NCBI GenBank assembly: GCA_964016885.1 | Contig: OZ024743.1 | Coordinates: 14,756,001 to 14,820,000 of the forward strand | Direction of reading: 5' to 3' | DNA: 64,000 nt | Source of the DNA: Eledone cirrhosa | Taxonomy: Eukaryota | Part shown: positions 51,750 through 64,000 of the stretch, one piece after another | Layout of the letters: each line of letters starts with the position of its first letter | Position numbering within the stretch: position 1 is the first letter of the stretch | Notes under the pieces: generated by a model | Database searches by the model: none | What the model was told of the DNA's origin: nothing | What the model saw: only the letters and a program-made list of their open reading frames with translations | Made by a program: the position numbers and the translations under genes

Positions 51750-54300
51750 ATAGGAAAACAAGTAAGACGCATCAACATCAATACCAACAAAACAACCTTC
51801 AAAATAATGCTTGCTACCACTACCGAGGCTACCAAAGCCAGAACTACCTACAACAACGGATAACATACACACAATAACGGATAACATACACACCAAACGT
51901 TGTTCCATTCATGAGGATCGATGAGGGATTGATTGCCTTCAAAGGGAATAAAGTGAGAATCTTGAGAGAAGTAGATATGCTTGGCACAAGCACATTTAAA
52001 ATGCCACAAGCATTAATCGTAGGCATGTCCCTGGAGAAATACAAACAGCCAGGAGATCTTTTCCTATGATATGGAAACATGTATCCAACAAAACCGAGGT
52101 TAAGTAAAAACTGTTTATTCTATTAACTGTTCCTGGCCATCGTGGCTGTTTTAAGTGGATGTTGCGTGTTCTGGGATCGTCAATGAAGCAAGGTTATTTG
52201 CTCAACGATCTAAGGACACTATCTAATTTAGTAATATCAGGGTTTCCGACACACGGGAACTAACCACATCTTTTACAACATGCAGCCGTACACATCTCTT
52301 ATTCGGCTTGTAATGGGAGGTGGTGAGGGATTGGTGCTTCGAAAAGTGTTGAATCTCACGTTACGGATAAACTTCCTAGAAATTGGTACATTTTTACTGC
52401 TGGGTATCCATGTCCCGACTAGTACAAGAGAGTCGGATTTCGTCAGATGTCAGAAAGGTTTGCCTGGATCATATCATCTTTTACAGTTACCGGGATGGGA
52501 AAACCATTTGACGCACGCGCTGATGGTGTGGGAATAGTAGATTCAAGTGGGTATTGCAAATGCCGCATGATCTGACATTTCTATCTGTCTGACATGTATC
52601 GCCTAGGAATCCTGTATACTCTAGCTTAGACATGGCTCAATCGCATACTCTCATCTAGATTGAATTTAGTTAGGGTTTTCGTTAGGTTAGGAGATATATA
52701 TAGCATACAGTACCCGAAACAAGAATCGATCGCCTATTCAGACTACACCTGCCTGGTAGACATAGAGAGAACAAATAAACAAGAACATGGTTACTGTAAG
52801 CTTAACGCAGAGTTCACGACGTGTAAATCATAGAGCGAACGGATTAGCACGTTAGTTAAGCATAGTTGACGGGGGAAGTAGTCACCACCCGGTGGTGAGG
52901 CACTCACAACAGATATATTTAGGTAGAAACATTACCATATCCTGTAGTAAAGAAGTCAGGATAGCAAACTAAAATGGGGGGATTAGAAACGTGCTATATG
53001 CGAAATTGATACTGGACCATTTTGTAAAAGCGAATCATGAACGTTTTATCGTCAGTGCTGAGGGACGTTCACTAAGAAACCAATAAAGGAAAGGTATTTA
53101 ATGGGCCCGAGTGACAGAGGCGCAGATTAGCAACAAAACTATGACCCGGGAAGCCCTGGCGGGTTGTAGAAACGCAAATCGCCGGGTTTGGATTTTCTGG
53201 CGGAAATGTTTTCCTGAGATATCCCAGATTGGTATCCGATGTCCTCGAGGCCATCTATTGAAACGAATAAACGAAAGGTATTTAATGCACTGATCAAATT
53301 GGGTCAAGCGAAAGTTTTCAAGATGGTCAGATTCGATTCCTTCTACATAAATTTGAGTGATGCAATATACAGTGGCATCTGCTCGGTGGCGAATGTAAAT
53401 GGCCATCTATAAGAACCTTTTCAGATCAGGCGCTGGGTCCATCAAGGTTGCCCTCTATCCTCAGGTACGTATGGACTTTCAAGCCTTTACTTCAGCAACC
53501 GGAGCTGTTGCCGGATGTCCTGCTCAAACCTGAAAAACATCGTCGACATATGCAGACGACGTCACTGTGATGGAGTTGAACAACTCTGAAATCGAGGTGA
53601 TCGGCAATTTATTGGAGGAATATGAAAAGTTAACGGTAGCAGTGATCAACTCAGAGAATTCAGTGCGTTTGTAGCTAGGCCTCATGAAATTGTAATATAT
53701 ATATCACACAACAGTTTCACAAGGCGCTTGACAGATGGACAGGTGATGTGGCTTGATATAGTTTTGTTCAGACGTCAAGTAGGATACGAACTGGGGTGAG
53801 GTAACAAGCAGGCTGGCAATACACACCCACAAATGGCCTGTAATGTCGGATGCAGGTGGTGAACGCGTATATCGCTTCCGTCATTTATTACCGCCTGTCT
53901 ATAATGCCTTGCTTCCTTCAAGCTTCACCAAAATAGAGACAATTCTTCTTCAACCTATGGAAGGGATCGACAAAGATTTGAATTGTCAAGTGGCTCATCT
54001 GCTGCTAACATCTTCTCAGTGGAGGGCTTGACATGGTGAGGCTGATTATGCGCAAACATTCTCTGAGGTTATGGCCGGCCCAGTTATACAAACATGGTGA
54101 ATAGTTTTGGCAACCTTCTTTGATCCGGGTTTACCGCAGCTCGTATGTTTGATTGAGCTGCAGCTTAGGTCAAGCGACGACCGATACTGGGTGCCTTGCA
54201 TCTGGAATGTTGTCAGGTGTTCACAACCCTCTAGCAGACGGACAATACCATCAGTGGAAATCCCATTCTAGTGTTCTATAAAGCACTAGTGGTGGGAATG
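51750..54300 (+). pseudogene. Old Tx1 LINE relic (ORF1 C-terminus plus APE-RT ORF2)
   Basis: KQGYLLNDLR near 52185, QGCPLS near 53445, YADD at 53549-53560, WGEVTSR near 53795. Confidence 0.8.
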
Positions 54301-54647
54301 TGTGATCCTATTAAAATGCGAGTTCCAAATGAGCTAATTACCAAATATAAATAACTGAACGAAGAAATGTAACTAAACACAATGCAATTTGATATTCATA
54401 TCAAATTCTTCTTTCGTTAAAAACTTCAACTATGAAACTGAAAAGATAGAAAAATTAAATAAGAATCTGAACCCTTGTTTCCTCGAATGAAGCAAGTCTT
54501 GTGTAACCAAAAGGAACATCAAATTGGTTTTAATAGAAATTTGTTATTCAAATTTCATAAATGACAACGATGCTTCAGCAAATATTGTTTAGGGAGCCAT
54601 GCAGAAATTAATGTCCAAACATGTAGAATTTCAGAAAACTGTTTTTA

Positions 54648-54722
54648 AATAATAATAATAATAATGATTTTAATAATAATGATGAGGATAACAATAACAA
54701 TAACAATAATAACAACAACAAC

Positions 54723-54778
<56 letters not shown>

Positions 54779-54798
54779 TAATAATAATAATAATAATA
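54648..54798. repeat. (AAT)n/(AAC)n microsatellite
   Basis: Direct reading. Confidence 0.95.
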
Positions 54799-56096
54799 GC
54801 GATGCGGATAATAAATAACGATAAATATGATAATAGAATACATATGTGAAAGATAAAAAAAAAGTCATTAGAAAGAAAACGTTAACCTTGTCAAATCGTA
54901 AGACAGCAGACACTAATAGAAAGAGTGAAGTAGAAAAACAATGAAATATAACCATGGCAATTCGCCTAGAGTATAGTGCCTTTTTATTCTTCTTTATGCA
55001 TGAATGTGTAGCTTTGTGCTCTCTCATTTGTTACACATGTAAATCACTTTTGAGCCAGCTTCTTCACCATGACGAGAGCAATGGATTTTTTATGTCAACA
55101 TTGTAGTTCAATACATAATAGCGATACTGTAGTCAAAATTGAAATTCCTTTTATCGCTCCTAAGGGATTTCTAATAATTTGGTCTTTGATTACTCTATTG
55201 AAACCGGAATTTTGAGATTTTGTGCCATAAAGAAGAGCACGACATCATTCATTCAGTTATTATATTTTTCTATTCATATTTTTCATCCTTTTACGAAAAC
55301 AAGGTATTCGTTATTCTTCCGAGTGATAAGAGATTTCCTTTTTTAAACCATTGAAAAGAACGTGAAGCCTGTTTATACGTTGTCAAATATGATATTCCAA
55401 GCAAGAAATAAATATTGGTTACATTAGCACTCCTACATTAACGTTGCTAAAATATTGTTTAGAATCCCGCAAAGTAAACCTTAACAATGGCCGTCGCCGA
55501 TTATCACCCCTATCTTTAACACTAGCAAAACAGAGATTACCAAAACCTTTAACCATGTAAATATGAGTACTCGTGCTCACACTTAGAATGTGTACTAATG
55601 TGAGAAATGTCAAACACTCATTCAACACGGCATACTGTTTGTGTTTTCGTATTAATGGTGATATATGAAAACCTCTTACCTGGGTGTCGTTCATAGAAAC
55701 TTTCTCCATCATATGTTAACGTCGTAGCATTGGAATTTATTTTCTAATGGGTAAAGTGATATAAAAAGAGGAAAGTGTTTTGTCAATGAACATAAGCATA
55801 TTGTTCTGAAAGAATTGCAGGTAAAATAAAATGATTTAATGAATTGTATATTCATCATTTAATGTTTTTTAATATGTATTAGGAGCATATTTTCCCAACT
55901 GCTTTTATTTATTTAATCGTTTATTTTCAGACACACTAATCACCAACAATTTGGCGAAAAGGAAAATTACACACTGTTTCATTTACCAGTGTAAATTCAC
56001 ATACAGTAATAGGAGGTGTTGAACTCTTTGTTTACCTTGAATTATCTAAGAGTGTATTATATTGTATGTGTTATCACAATTTAAAAGACAACCGAG

Positions 56097-56602
56097 GGAG
56101 AAATTCAAATATCTAGGGGACATGTCCACGCTATCATCAATTCAGTATTCGTTACCACTCTTAACTGTGGACATGAATCATGTGCAATCATCAAAAGAAT
56201 ACGTTCGCGAATACAAGCAGTGGTGATGAGGTTCCTCCAAAGGGATTTTCATGTACCGTTAGTCGATAAAATGCGAAGCTTGGAGAACAGAGAATAACTC
56301 CAGGTAGAGCCACTACTTCTCCGAAATGGGAGATCACTGCTCCGCTACTATGGACATGTGTTTAGAATTTCTCAGGTTAGAACCGCTGGACATATGTTCC
56401 GGCTCAAACCAGTCGCAGCATACCCAGGAGTAGACCCCGATAGGTGGTTTGATACATCCATAAGCTCGGCTGCTCTTACTTGAGGATGCAGCTGGATCGG
56501 TTGGAGACGGTTGACTCTGAGAGAAGCCACTGAAGGAGTGTTTGAGAACTCTGAGCGCATGACCCTCTCAGGAATAAATGGATCAAGAAGAAGAAGAAGA
56601 AT
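56097..56602 (+). mobile_element. 3' fragment of an RTE-like LINE with (AAG)n tail
   Basis: EKFKYLG at 56098, LRYYGHVFR near 56340, RWFD, ending in AAGAAGAAGAAGA. Confidence 0.6.
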
Positions 56603-57418
56603 AGGAAGGAACTGAGGTAACGGGATGTCTAAATATCAACCGAAACAAGATGGAATATGTTGAACAATTATTTTGGCCTCTAGAAACATTTGCAAACATA
56701 ACCATCCCAGACATGAAATCGATAACATTACCGTGATCAATTTAAATGCTTCGGTTTTAACGAGAAACTGGAGGTGTCGAGAGTATTTGTAATGAGGTCA
56801 ATGAGAGCAGCGTCGTGAGGAACAATTCACGCACTGTGTCGACAAAAAAGAAATTAAAGCAATTTTAGTCAATGTCCACTAGCAGCAACTATTTGGCTCA
56901 AACATGCGACGTACAATAGACAGGTGATTCTGGAGTGGAATCTTCATCAATGAGCGTATTGAATGATGAAGAAGTTACAGAATTGAGCTGTTTGGCTGCA
57001 AAGCAGAATGATGACACGTGTGACTGAAGACTCACAAATCATGCAAGATGTAGTGGATTTGTTATCAAACAAGTGATGTACGTAACCTGCATACTGAAGG
57101 TAACTAAGGATATCGTTAAAACAAATTCGAAGCTGACACATGTTTCTCAGTGAAATAAAATCTCTACAGGAATAAAAAAAAAAAAAATCTAGAATCAACA
57201 ATATGAACTAACAAGAATAGAATCAGAAATGTTTGGTTAAAGAAGACAATGGATGTGCGACAGTTCGTGATTTGAAAGCTGTTTTTTTTATGCAACAGGG
57301 ATATTTCATTTCATCCAATCCCCTAAAGATAGCATTCCCTTTTTTTCTTTCAATTAACAATATGATTATATATATATATAATATATGTGTGTGTGTGTCT
57401 GTGTGTAATGATAATAAT

Positions 57419-57630
57419 GGTTTCTTATATAGGCACAAGGCCAGCAATTTTGGGGGAGGGGAAAGTCGATTAAATAGACCCAAGTGCGTGACTGGTACTT
57501 TATTTTATCGAACCCGTAAGGATGAAAGGCAAAGTTAACCTCGGCGGGATTTGAACTCAGATCATAAAGAGCCGTAACTCTACTGCAAAGCATGGCGACC
57601 GACCCTCTACCGATACTGCCAATCCACCGT
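57419..57630 (-). mobile_element. SINE, longer subfamily with a ~35-bp extra internal segment
   Basis: Extra TTTGGGGGAGGGGAAAGTCGATTAAATAGACCCCAAG; 18-bp TSD GTGTGTAATGATAATAAT. Confidence 0.92.
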
Positions 57631-57697
57631 GTGTGTAATGATAATAATAATAAATGGGAACAAAGAATCAGTTTTGCATCATATACATATTTAATTA

Positions 57698-57737
57698 CAC
57701 TAGCAGAAAAACCACCCGAGGGTGGTTTTCTGCTAAC
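57698..57737. repeat. ~40-bp palindrome resembling two Helitron 3' ends (second copy at 43796-43831)
   Basis: CTAGCAGAAAACCACCC-GA-GGGTGGTTTTCTGCTA. Confidence 0.75.
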
Positions 57738-58288
57738 ATGTGTAGTGTGTATATTGATATTATACGCAAATATATATGCATGTAAATATGATACATCAAA
57801 TAAAATCGTAATTGAACAAAGCCTATGTTACACTTTCTTCTGTAATCAGTAATCCATGATATATTTACAAAAAAGACGACATTATATATAAACTGCATTA
57901 GGAGAAAATTAGCGACGGAAATATATACGATTATAAGTGTTATAGTATAACGGCCGCTAACCGAAACTGTTGACATTTGATAATTTTAAAGAATTGAATT
58001 TTAAAGATCTTTAAATAAGCTATAAAATATATTTAATCAACAGCCACGAAATTTAGCACATAAATTATGTAATATTCATTCATTATTTATTCAAAATAAT
58101 CCAACTTATTTTACCAACGGGGTAAACAAATATATTCTGGACGCAATCCCGCAGACCCTCCTTTATTTTAGTTAAGATATCACATATGTTTCACTGATGA
58201 TGAGCTCGAGGAACGATCGAATAGTGTTCGTTTCTGTCACTAGAATCCGAAGCTCCTCAGATATGTGTTGTCAAAGGTAGACGAACGT

Positions 58289-58335
<47 letters not shown>

Positions 58336-58337
<2 letters not shown>

Positions 58338-58530
58338 CAAAAGAATTGTGGTAAGGAACCAGATGGACCATAACATAGCAGAGTACCCAATACTTAGGTT
58401 AGTAGAGTGGCAAATAGGAAAAAGTATGACACCGACGGCAGAGCTCAAGCCGTTTCGACGGCTATTTCTAGTCCAGAAATAGCCGTCGAAACGGCTTGAG
58501 CTCTGCCGTCCGGGTCATACTTTTTCCTAT
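58336..58530. mobile_element. (TA)n-associated repeat with long arm and inverted short arm (same family as 114-562)
   Basis: GAGCTCAAGCCGTTTCGACGGCTA and its reverse complement meet near 58470; (TA)n on both sides. Confidence 0.6.
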
Positions 58531-61441
58531 ATATATATATATATTACTGTAATTGCATGTATATATATATGCACGCAATTACAGTAAATGTAATGACGCT
58601 AATTAAGATTACCTGTTTCTGCATATTACATACGCATAATAAAAGTTTCCGCGTATTTATTATAATGACATTTAAAACTTCAGTTAACTGAGATTAGCCA
58701 TGAACATAGAGTCAAATACCTATGGATATTTAATTTGTGAATGAGACATACACATATATAACTGCAATAAATGAAGCTAATCAAATTATTTGAATAATAA
58801 AGATGATGCTTATAGTTAAAGATAGGTGCTTTAAATTCAAATGTTGACAGAAATAAATATGTTTCTGTGTTATTTGCTTTCTTCAGTGATGCATGTATTC
58901 GATTGGTAAGATTTAGAAGTGATCACTATATGCTCAGAGTGTACTATGTTGCAGAATATGGAAGAGGTTTCTACTCACTAAATACACATTTTGTAAAATG
59001 CTACTCTTTCATATATATGAGCACCTACGATATATATAATATTTTCTATGTTATTAATTAGGTTTTATTGTTTTATTTATACTATTTTTATATTTACGTG
59101 TATTATTTTAGTTCAATGAGGTGGAAGAAATATTATATAAACATGAACATATTTAGTAAATGCTGCTCCGGAGAGCTAAACTCTAGTCAAATCACATTGA
59201 TTCTCTTTTCATATTTAAACATGAAATATATATTGATCTGGATGACAGTACGATAATATTACGTTATAACAACAAAGAAAAATGTACAGTTATTCTTGAA
59301 TACATACAAACAAATTTACGTGTACAGATATTGCCAAAAACATTTCAGAGTAATATGTCAGAGCAGAGTGTATTTTCTAAAGATACAAATGAAATGCCCA
59401 TGGATGAAACAATGGTCTCACATTTCTACTAATGTTAAGCTACTTATATATGAATTCTTTGAAATTCTCGTTTCCATAAAACAAACATTGTTTCATTATT
59501 GAGTACTCTTTTCACCCTATGTGTTTTAAATATAGACACTTAAATAAGAGTGAATACTATTTTAGAAAATTATTGATTCCTTTTCACGTGATAAATGAAG
59601 AAGCCTGCACTATAATGTCTAATGGAAATGTTGTTATTTATTCTTATCATTGCCAATCTATTATTGTTACTCTAGAAGGCATTACAGTAGTGGTCATTAT
59701 TTTGACACCTAATGCTTTACCAACACTACACTCAACGTTTCTTAGGAAGGCATGCCCCGATAAACAAACAACTGAAGTTGAATGATAAATAATTTTATCA
59801 TCAACACGATCCATACCAATGTATTTTCTCGCCTACAGACTTTTATAATGCAACCATTACTGATTGATCGCACAGAGAGCCGAATTGACTGACCTTGAAT
59901 AGCAGTCTTCCGTAAATGCATTCGGCCGCAATAAAAAAGCTATTCTAAAAAAGTGAATCAAAACTTTCTCATCTTATACTTGCCATCTAATTATTGCTAT
60001 TATTTTGCTCATATGGAATTGGTTTCTGGTGTATGAATAAAAAAACAAAATAAACATACTTACGTGGAAATAGATAATGTTCGCACACTTTGCCTTAGGC
60101 TGTAAAGGTATCTTCACTATTTTGAATCTATTTTTTCATTTCATTTTTTTTTCTTCACTGTCTTTACTTTCACAAGGCTATTGTAAAACAGAATTAACTG
60201 AAAGTAACATTTTCTGCTTTCGACAAATACGAACAGAAAAAGAAGATAGGGAATAACATTTAAAACTTCTAATGTCCTGCTTGTTGAAAGATTTATAAAA
60301 TAAAAATGTTAAAGTATATTGTTAAGCTTTTGTTGGTTTCTCTTTTTACTTTTATGTCATGAATCCCACTAATGAAACGAAATGTACTTCTAGTTTTATT
60401 TCAGCTGCTATCTATACTCTTAATGTTTAAATTTAGATGCCTTAGGCAAATCAGACCTAGTTAATCAGTAGGATTTTATCATTCAAAGATACGACTCAAC
60501 TAAACAAATTGGCATCACATATGCTGGGGAAATATTAAGCTATAAGCCTAAAAGACGGCAATTCATCTTCACATTGGCAAATGACTTATATGACGTATGT
60601 CTCGTGGCTATATATGACACACACTGGAACTTAGAAGATTGTTTTCCTCTGAATATGACAAATCTGGAAACATTTTATAGTTACAGTTAAACTCAATAGA
60701 GATGCAATTGTGTGTTGAAATGTGAGATGAATAACAAACATATAAAGACTGAGAAATACACACACGTTTAATCTGCATGTATACACTGTTGCTGTACGAG
60801 TGAAAAATATACATTAACAAAAAAGTTGTATATACAATTCAATATTATTTTAGTGGTTAGTCAGATGTAGTTCACTATTTTACACGCATATATTGATACA
60901 GGATTAGAAATAAATAGATGCAGTATACGTTGTTTATATACATTACACACGTCATTAGTGTAAGACTCTTTGTTTTGTCCGCTATGAATTACAATGAAGA
61001 CCGCAGTTTGTGGCTAATTGGATGTAATGCTTTAGTCACTAAATAGAGGATGCAATGTAGACAGATAAGTCGCCTTCAAATCTTCGACCTGGTTGAAAAA
61101 TGTTGCACTGTAGGAGGTAATGTAAAGGCAGATGACAAAGTCATCAGCTTCTATTCTCTTCTCAGATTTAGATATTAAATGTAATAGTGATTAATTAACT
61201 GTTGTCTTATATCAATGTTGTAGCGTTTTAAAAAGATATAGAGCAGATGGTTAGACATGTCGCCATTGAAGATACAATATTTGTCAGAGATGAGAAAATA
61301 ATAAGGAAGAACTGTAAACGACACATTAAAGTAATGTGTAAATGTCCTTGCATTCGGTTTGTGTAATAAATGTAATGAAATAAATCGTATTTTCTTTACT
61401 TTCATAACATTATATGAAATCTGACATAAACACATTAGTAA

Positions 61442-62004
61442 TATAGATATAGAATAAAATAAAGAGAATTATACAGGAATATCGCAGTAAAACCAGTACC
61501 TGTAATATTCCACGGTGATCGTGTTGTTGTTGTTGTAGTTGTTGTAGGTTCTGTGGTCCTCATAGTGGCCCTCAAGAAACCAACCAGTCAGTACCAGCCA
61601 ACGAACCAGCCAACCAGCTACATTAATCATCCTGTCTGGGAGCCTGGCCAGCCAACACACCACCCCCAACACTCCATCCAGTCAACACACACCCAGGCCA
61701 ACGCATCACCCCGCTATCACACCATCACATCACGCCGCCAACACCACAACCCGCCAACACACCACCCCACCATCACACCAACCCACCACCACCCCACCCC
61801 GCCAACATACTATGTCTGTGTGTCAGCTCCTCCAGCACTGATAACTCTTCACCCCACCCCCTCTTCGTTGTTTAGTTCAACGTACTATAACGGGCATCCC
61901 CCCACCCCAGGGTCGCACCCACTCACGCACTGCCTCATTCATTCAGTCACGCACTCATTCATTCACACACATCCACACACACACGCTCACACACACATCC
62001 ACAT

Positions 62005-62070
<66 letters not shown>

Positions 62071-62290
62071 GTGCGTTCATTTGCTTTTTTCTTCCTCTCC
62101 CCTCACTTTTTATATCTTTTCGTCCAGTTTACTCGTCTTAATGGAGGTTGGTTTACTGTACACCTCACATAAACACACACATACACCTTCTCTCAGACAC
62201 ACACACATACACACGTATAGATATAGAATAAAATAAAGAGAATTATACAGGAATATCGCAGGTAAATCCAATACCTGTAATATTTCACGG
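61442..62290. repeat. ~74-bp direct repeats (61442-61515, 62216-62290) flanking a ~700-bp C/A-rich insert
   Basis: TATAGATATAGAATAAAATAAAGAGAATTATACAGGAATATCGCAG...CACGG occurs twice. Confidence 0.85.
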
Positions 62291-62859
62291 CTCAGTATAA
62301 CAAATTAATGCCACGTTTCACTATGATCTGGTCTTGTGACTTGACAGAAGAAATATATTCAATAATATTTCGATTAGACGGAGAGAAACTGGACATTTTT
62401 CATGAATAACCTTCGTGATCAAAATTTAATTCCCAATGGTGGACACTTTTTCATTTACGTCAATAATTCCCTTCAGAAAGATATAAACGTTATAATTTCC
62501 AATTTCACCTTCGCTGTAAGATCTAAGACCCTGTGACTATACAAAAATCGTTATTCACATGAGCTTTGTAGCTTCAGCTCTATTTATAATTTAGACGTGC
62601 GACTGAATATTTTTGAAGTAAGGAGATTTCCATCAGAAGTGAATTTGAGCGTTTTCGACAATGTTGTGCAGCTTTAGTGAATAGATTTTACTGTCCAGAA
62701 AACACATAATAATTCTTCTTTTTAGATCCATCAAGCGTCAATATATTCCGAGGTCACGTTTGATGTGTATTGTGAAGAATATCATTGATAGAGAATGTAA
62801 ATATGATACAGGAATCTGGAGAGGTCTGCTAAAACATATCGTGTGGTTGGAAGATTGAG

Positions 62860-62964
<105 letters not shown>

Positions 62965-63361
62965 CATTAAGGATACTATTTATGGTTATGTAAATATTAA
63001 AACTGTTTATAGTTATGTATATTTTAAACCCTAAACAGTGAAGGTCAGTAATTTATTACTACCTTATTATCAGTAAGATAAATAGCTCAATGTAATAACA
63101 TCAGTTGTTCTACAGAGCAGTTACATAGAATTCACAAGAATCAAAGCTATGTTCAAAGCATTTATTCACTTACAAGTGTTTCACCAAACATAGGCTTGGC
63201 GTCTTCGGAGCATTTTTCAATGTTTGTAAACATAATTGACTTCCTATTTTTCCGCACACATACTTTGTTGTTCTATACAAAAAATACCTTACCACTACAA
63301 CCACCATAATAAATCTTGCTTACCCGCTTGCATTACATGTAACACCCTGCCACACAATAAT

Positions 63362-63540
63362 TGTTTCTACTTTAGGCACAAGGCCAGCAATTATCCAGTG
63401 CATTACTGGTACTTTATTTTATCGACCCCGTAAGGATGAAAGGCAAAGTCAACCTCGGCGGGATTTGAACTCAGATCGTAAAGGGACGTAACTATGCTGG
63501 AAAGCATGGCGTCCGACCCTCTACCGATACTGCCAATCCA
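63362..63540 (-). mobile_element. tRNA-derived SINE with 11-bp TSD
   Basis: CACACAATAAT at 63351-63361 and 63541-63551. Confidence 0.93.
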
Positions 63541-63920
63541 CACACAATAATAGTATAAAAATGAGACACACTTGCATGCTCCATGTGTAAATAACGCATA
63601 CACTACCTACTAGATCTGACTATCAAAATATCCTCTTGCATTATCTGTGTTATCTGCCGAATGTATTTTAATTTTGATTTTTAATTTAATTTTGATTTTG
63701 ATTTTGATTTTGAATTTGAATTGCTGTACAAAAATAGTATAGTATAATATATGTCGCTCCACTGTACATCAATATATATATGTATCTGTATGTCTCTTGC
63801 GTTGGAAAGGAGGTCAATTATGTGAACAAACATTGAAAAATGCTCCGAAGATCCAAGCCTAGGTTTGGATGAAACAATTGTAAGTGAATAAATGCTTTGA
63901 ACATAGCTTTGATTCTTGTA

Positions 63921-63923
<3 letters not shown>

Positions 63924-63999
<76 letters not shown>

Positions 64000-64000
64000 C
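63924..64000. repeat. (CT)n microsatellite
   Basis: Direct reading. Confidence 0.95.

Noticed and set aside
58190-58230. CTGATGA hammerhead-like start
   Set aside because: No stem II or GAAA in the proper position
61553-62236. 227-aa H/P/T-rich ORF
   Set aside because: Low-complexity, stop-poor C/A-rich DNA with no ATG start and no domain

Overview
This is AT-rich, microsatellite-rich eukaryotic DNA with no confidently identifiable host gene. The SINE family suggests an octopod cephalopod (inference). The centre of the window (~7.7-41.8 kb) is one 34-kb block of non-LTR retroelements, all seated in (AAT)n/(ATT)n microsatellite. It holds seven head-to-tail + strand copies or fragments of an R4/Dong-clade element (RT, CCHC and PD-(D/E)xK RLE domains, with (AAT)n tails). 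Three ~5-6 kb Tx1-clade LINEs (ORF1 zinc knuckle, APE-RT ORF2) and several tRNA-derived SINEs have inserted into this block, always on the opposite strand. Notable observations: (1) the SINE and the Tx1 LINEs share a 3' terminal motif and target polarity, suggesting a SINE/Tx1 partner pair; (2) the Dong elements carry a ~1.0-1.2 kb leader bounded by splice-donor- and acceptor-like motifs; (3) SNPs show the middle unit of a 2156-bp tandem is a recombinant of its neighbours; (4) a head-to-head SINE dimer sits inside a single TSD; (5) a 232-bp inverted templated capture lies between inverted arms of a (TA)n-associated repeat. The flanks hold more SINEs, a non-autonomous Helitron, a hAT-like end, RTE and older R4/Tx1 relics, and many simple repeats. 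All calls come from reading motifs by eye; no database search was run.
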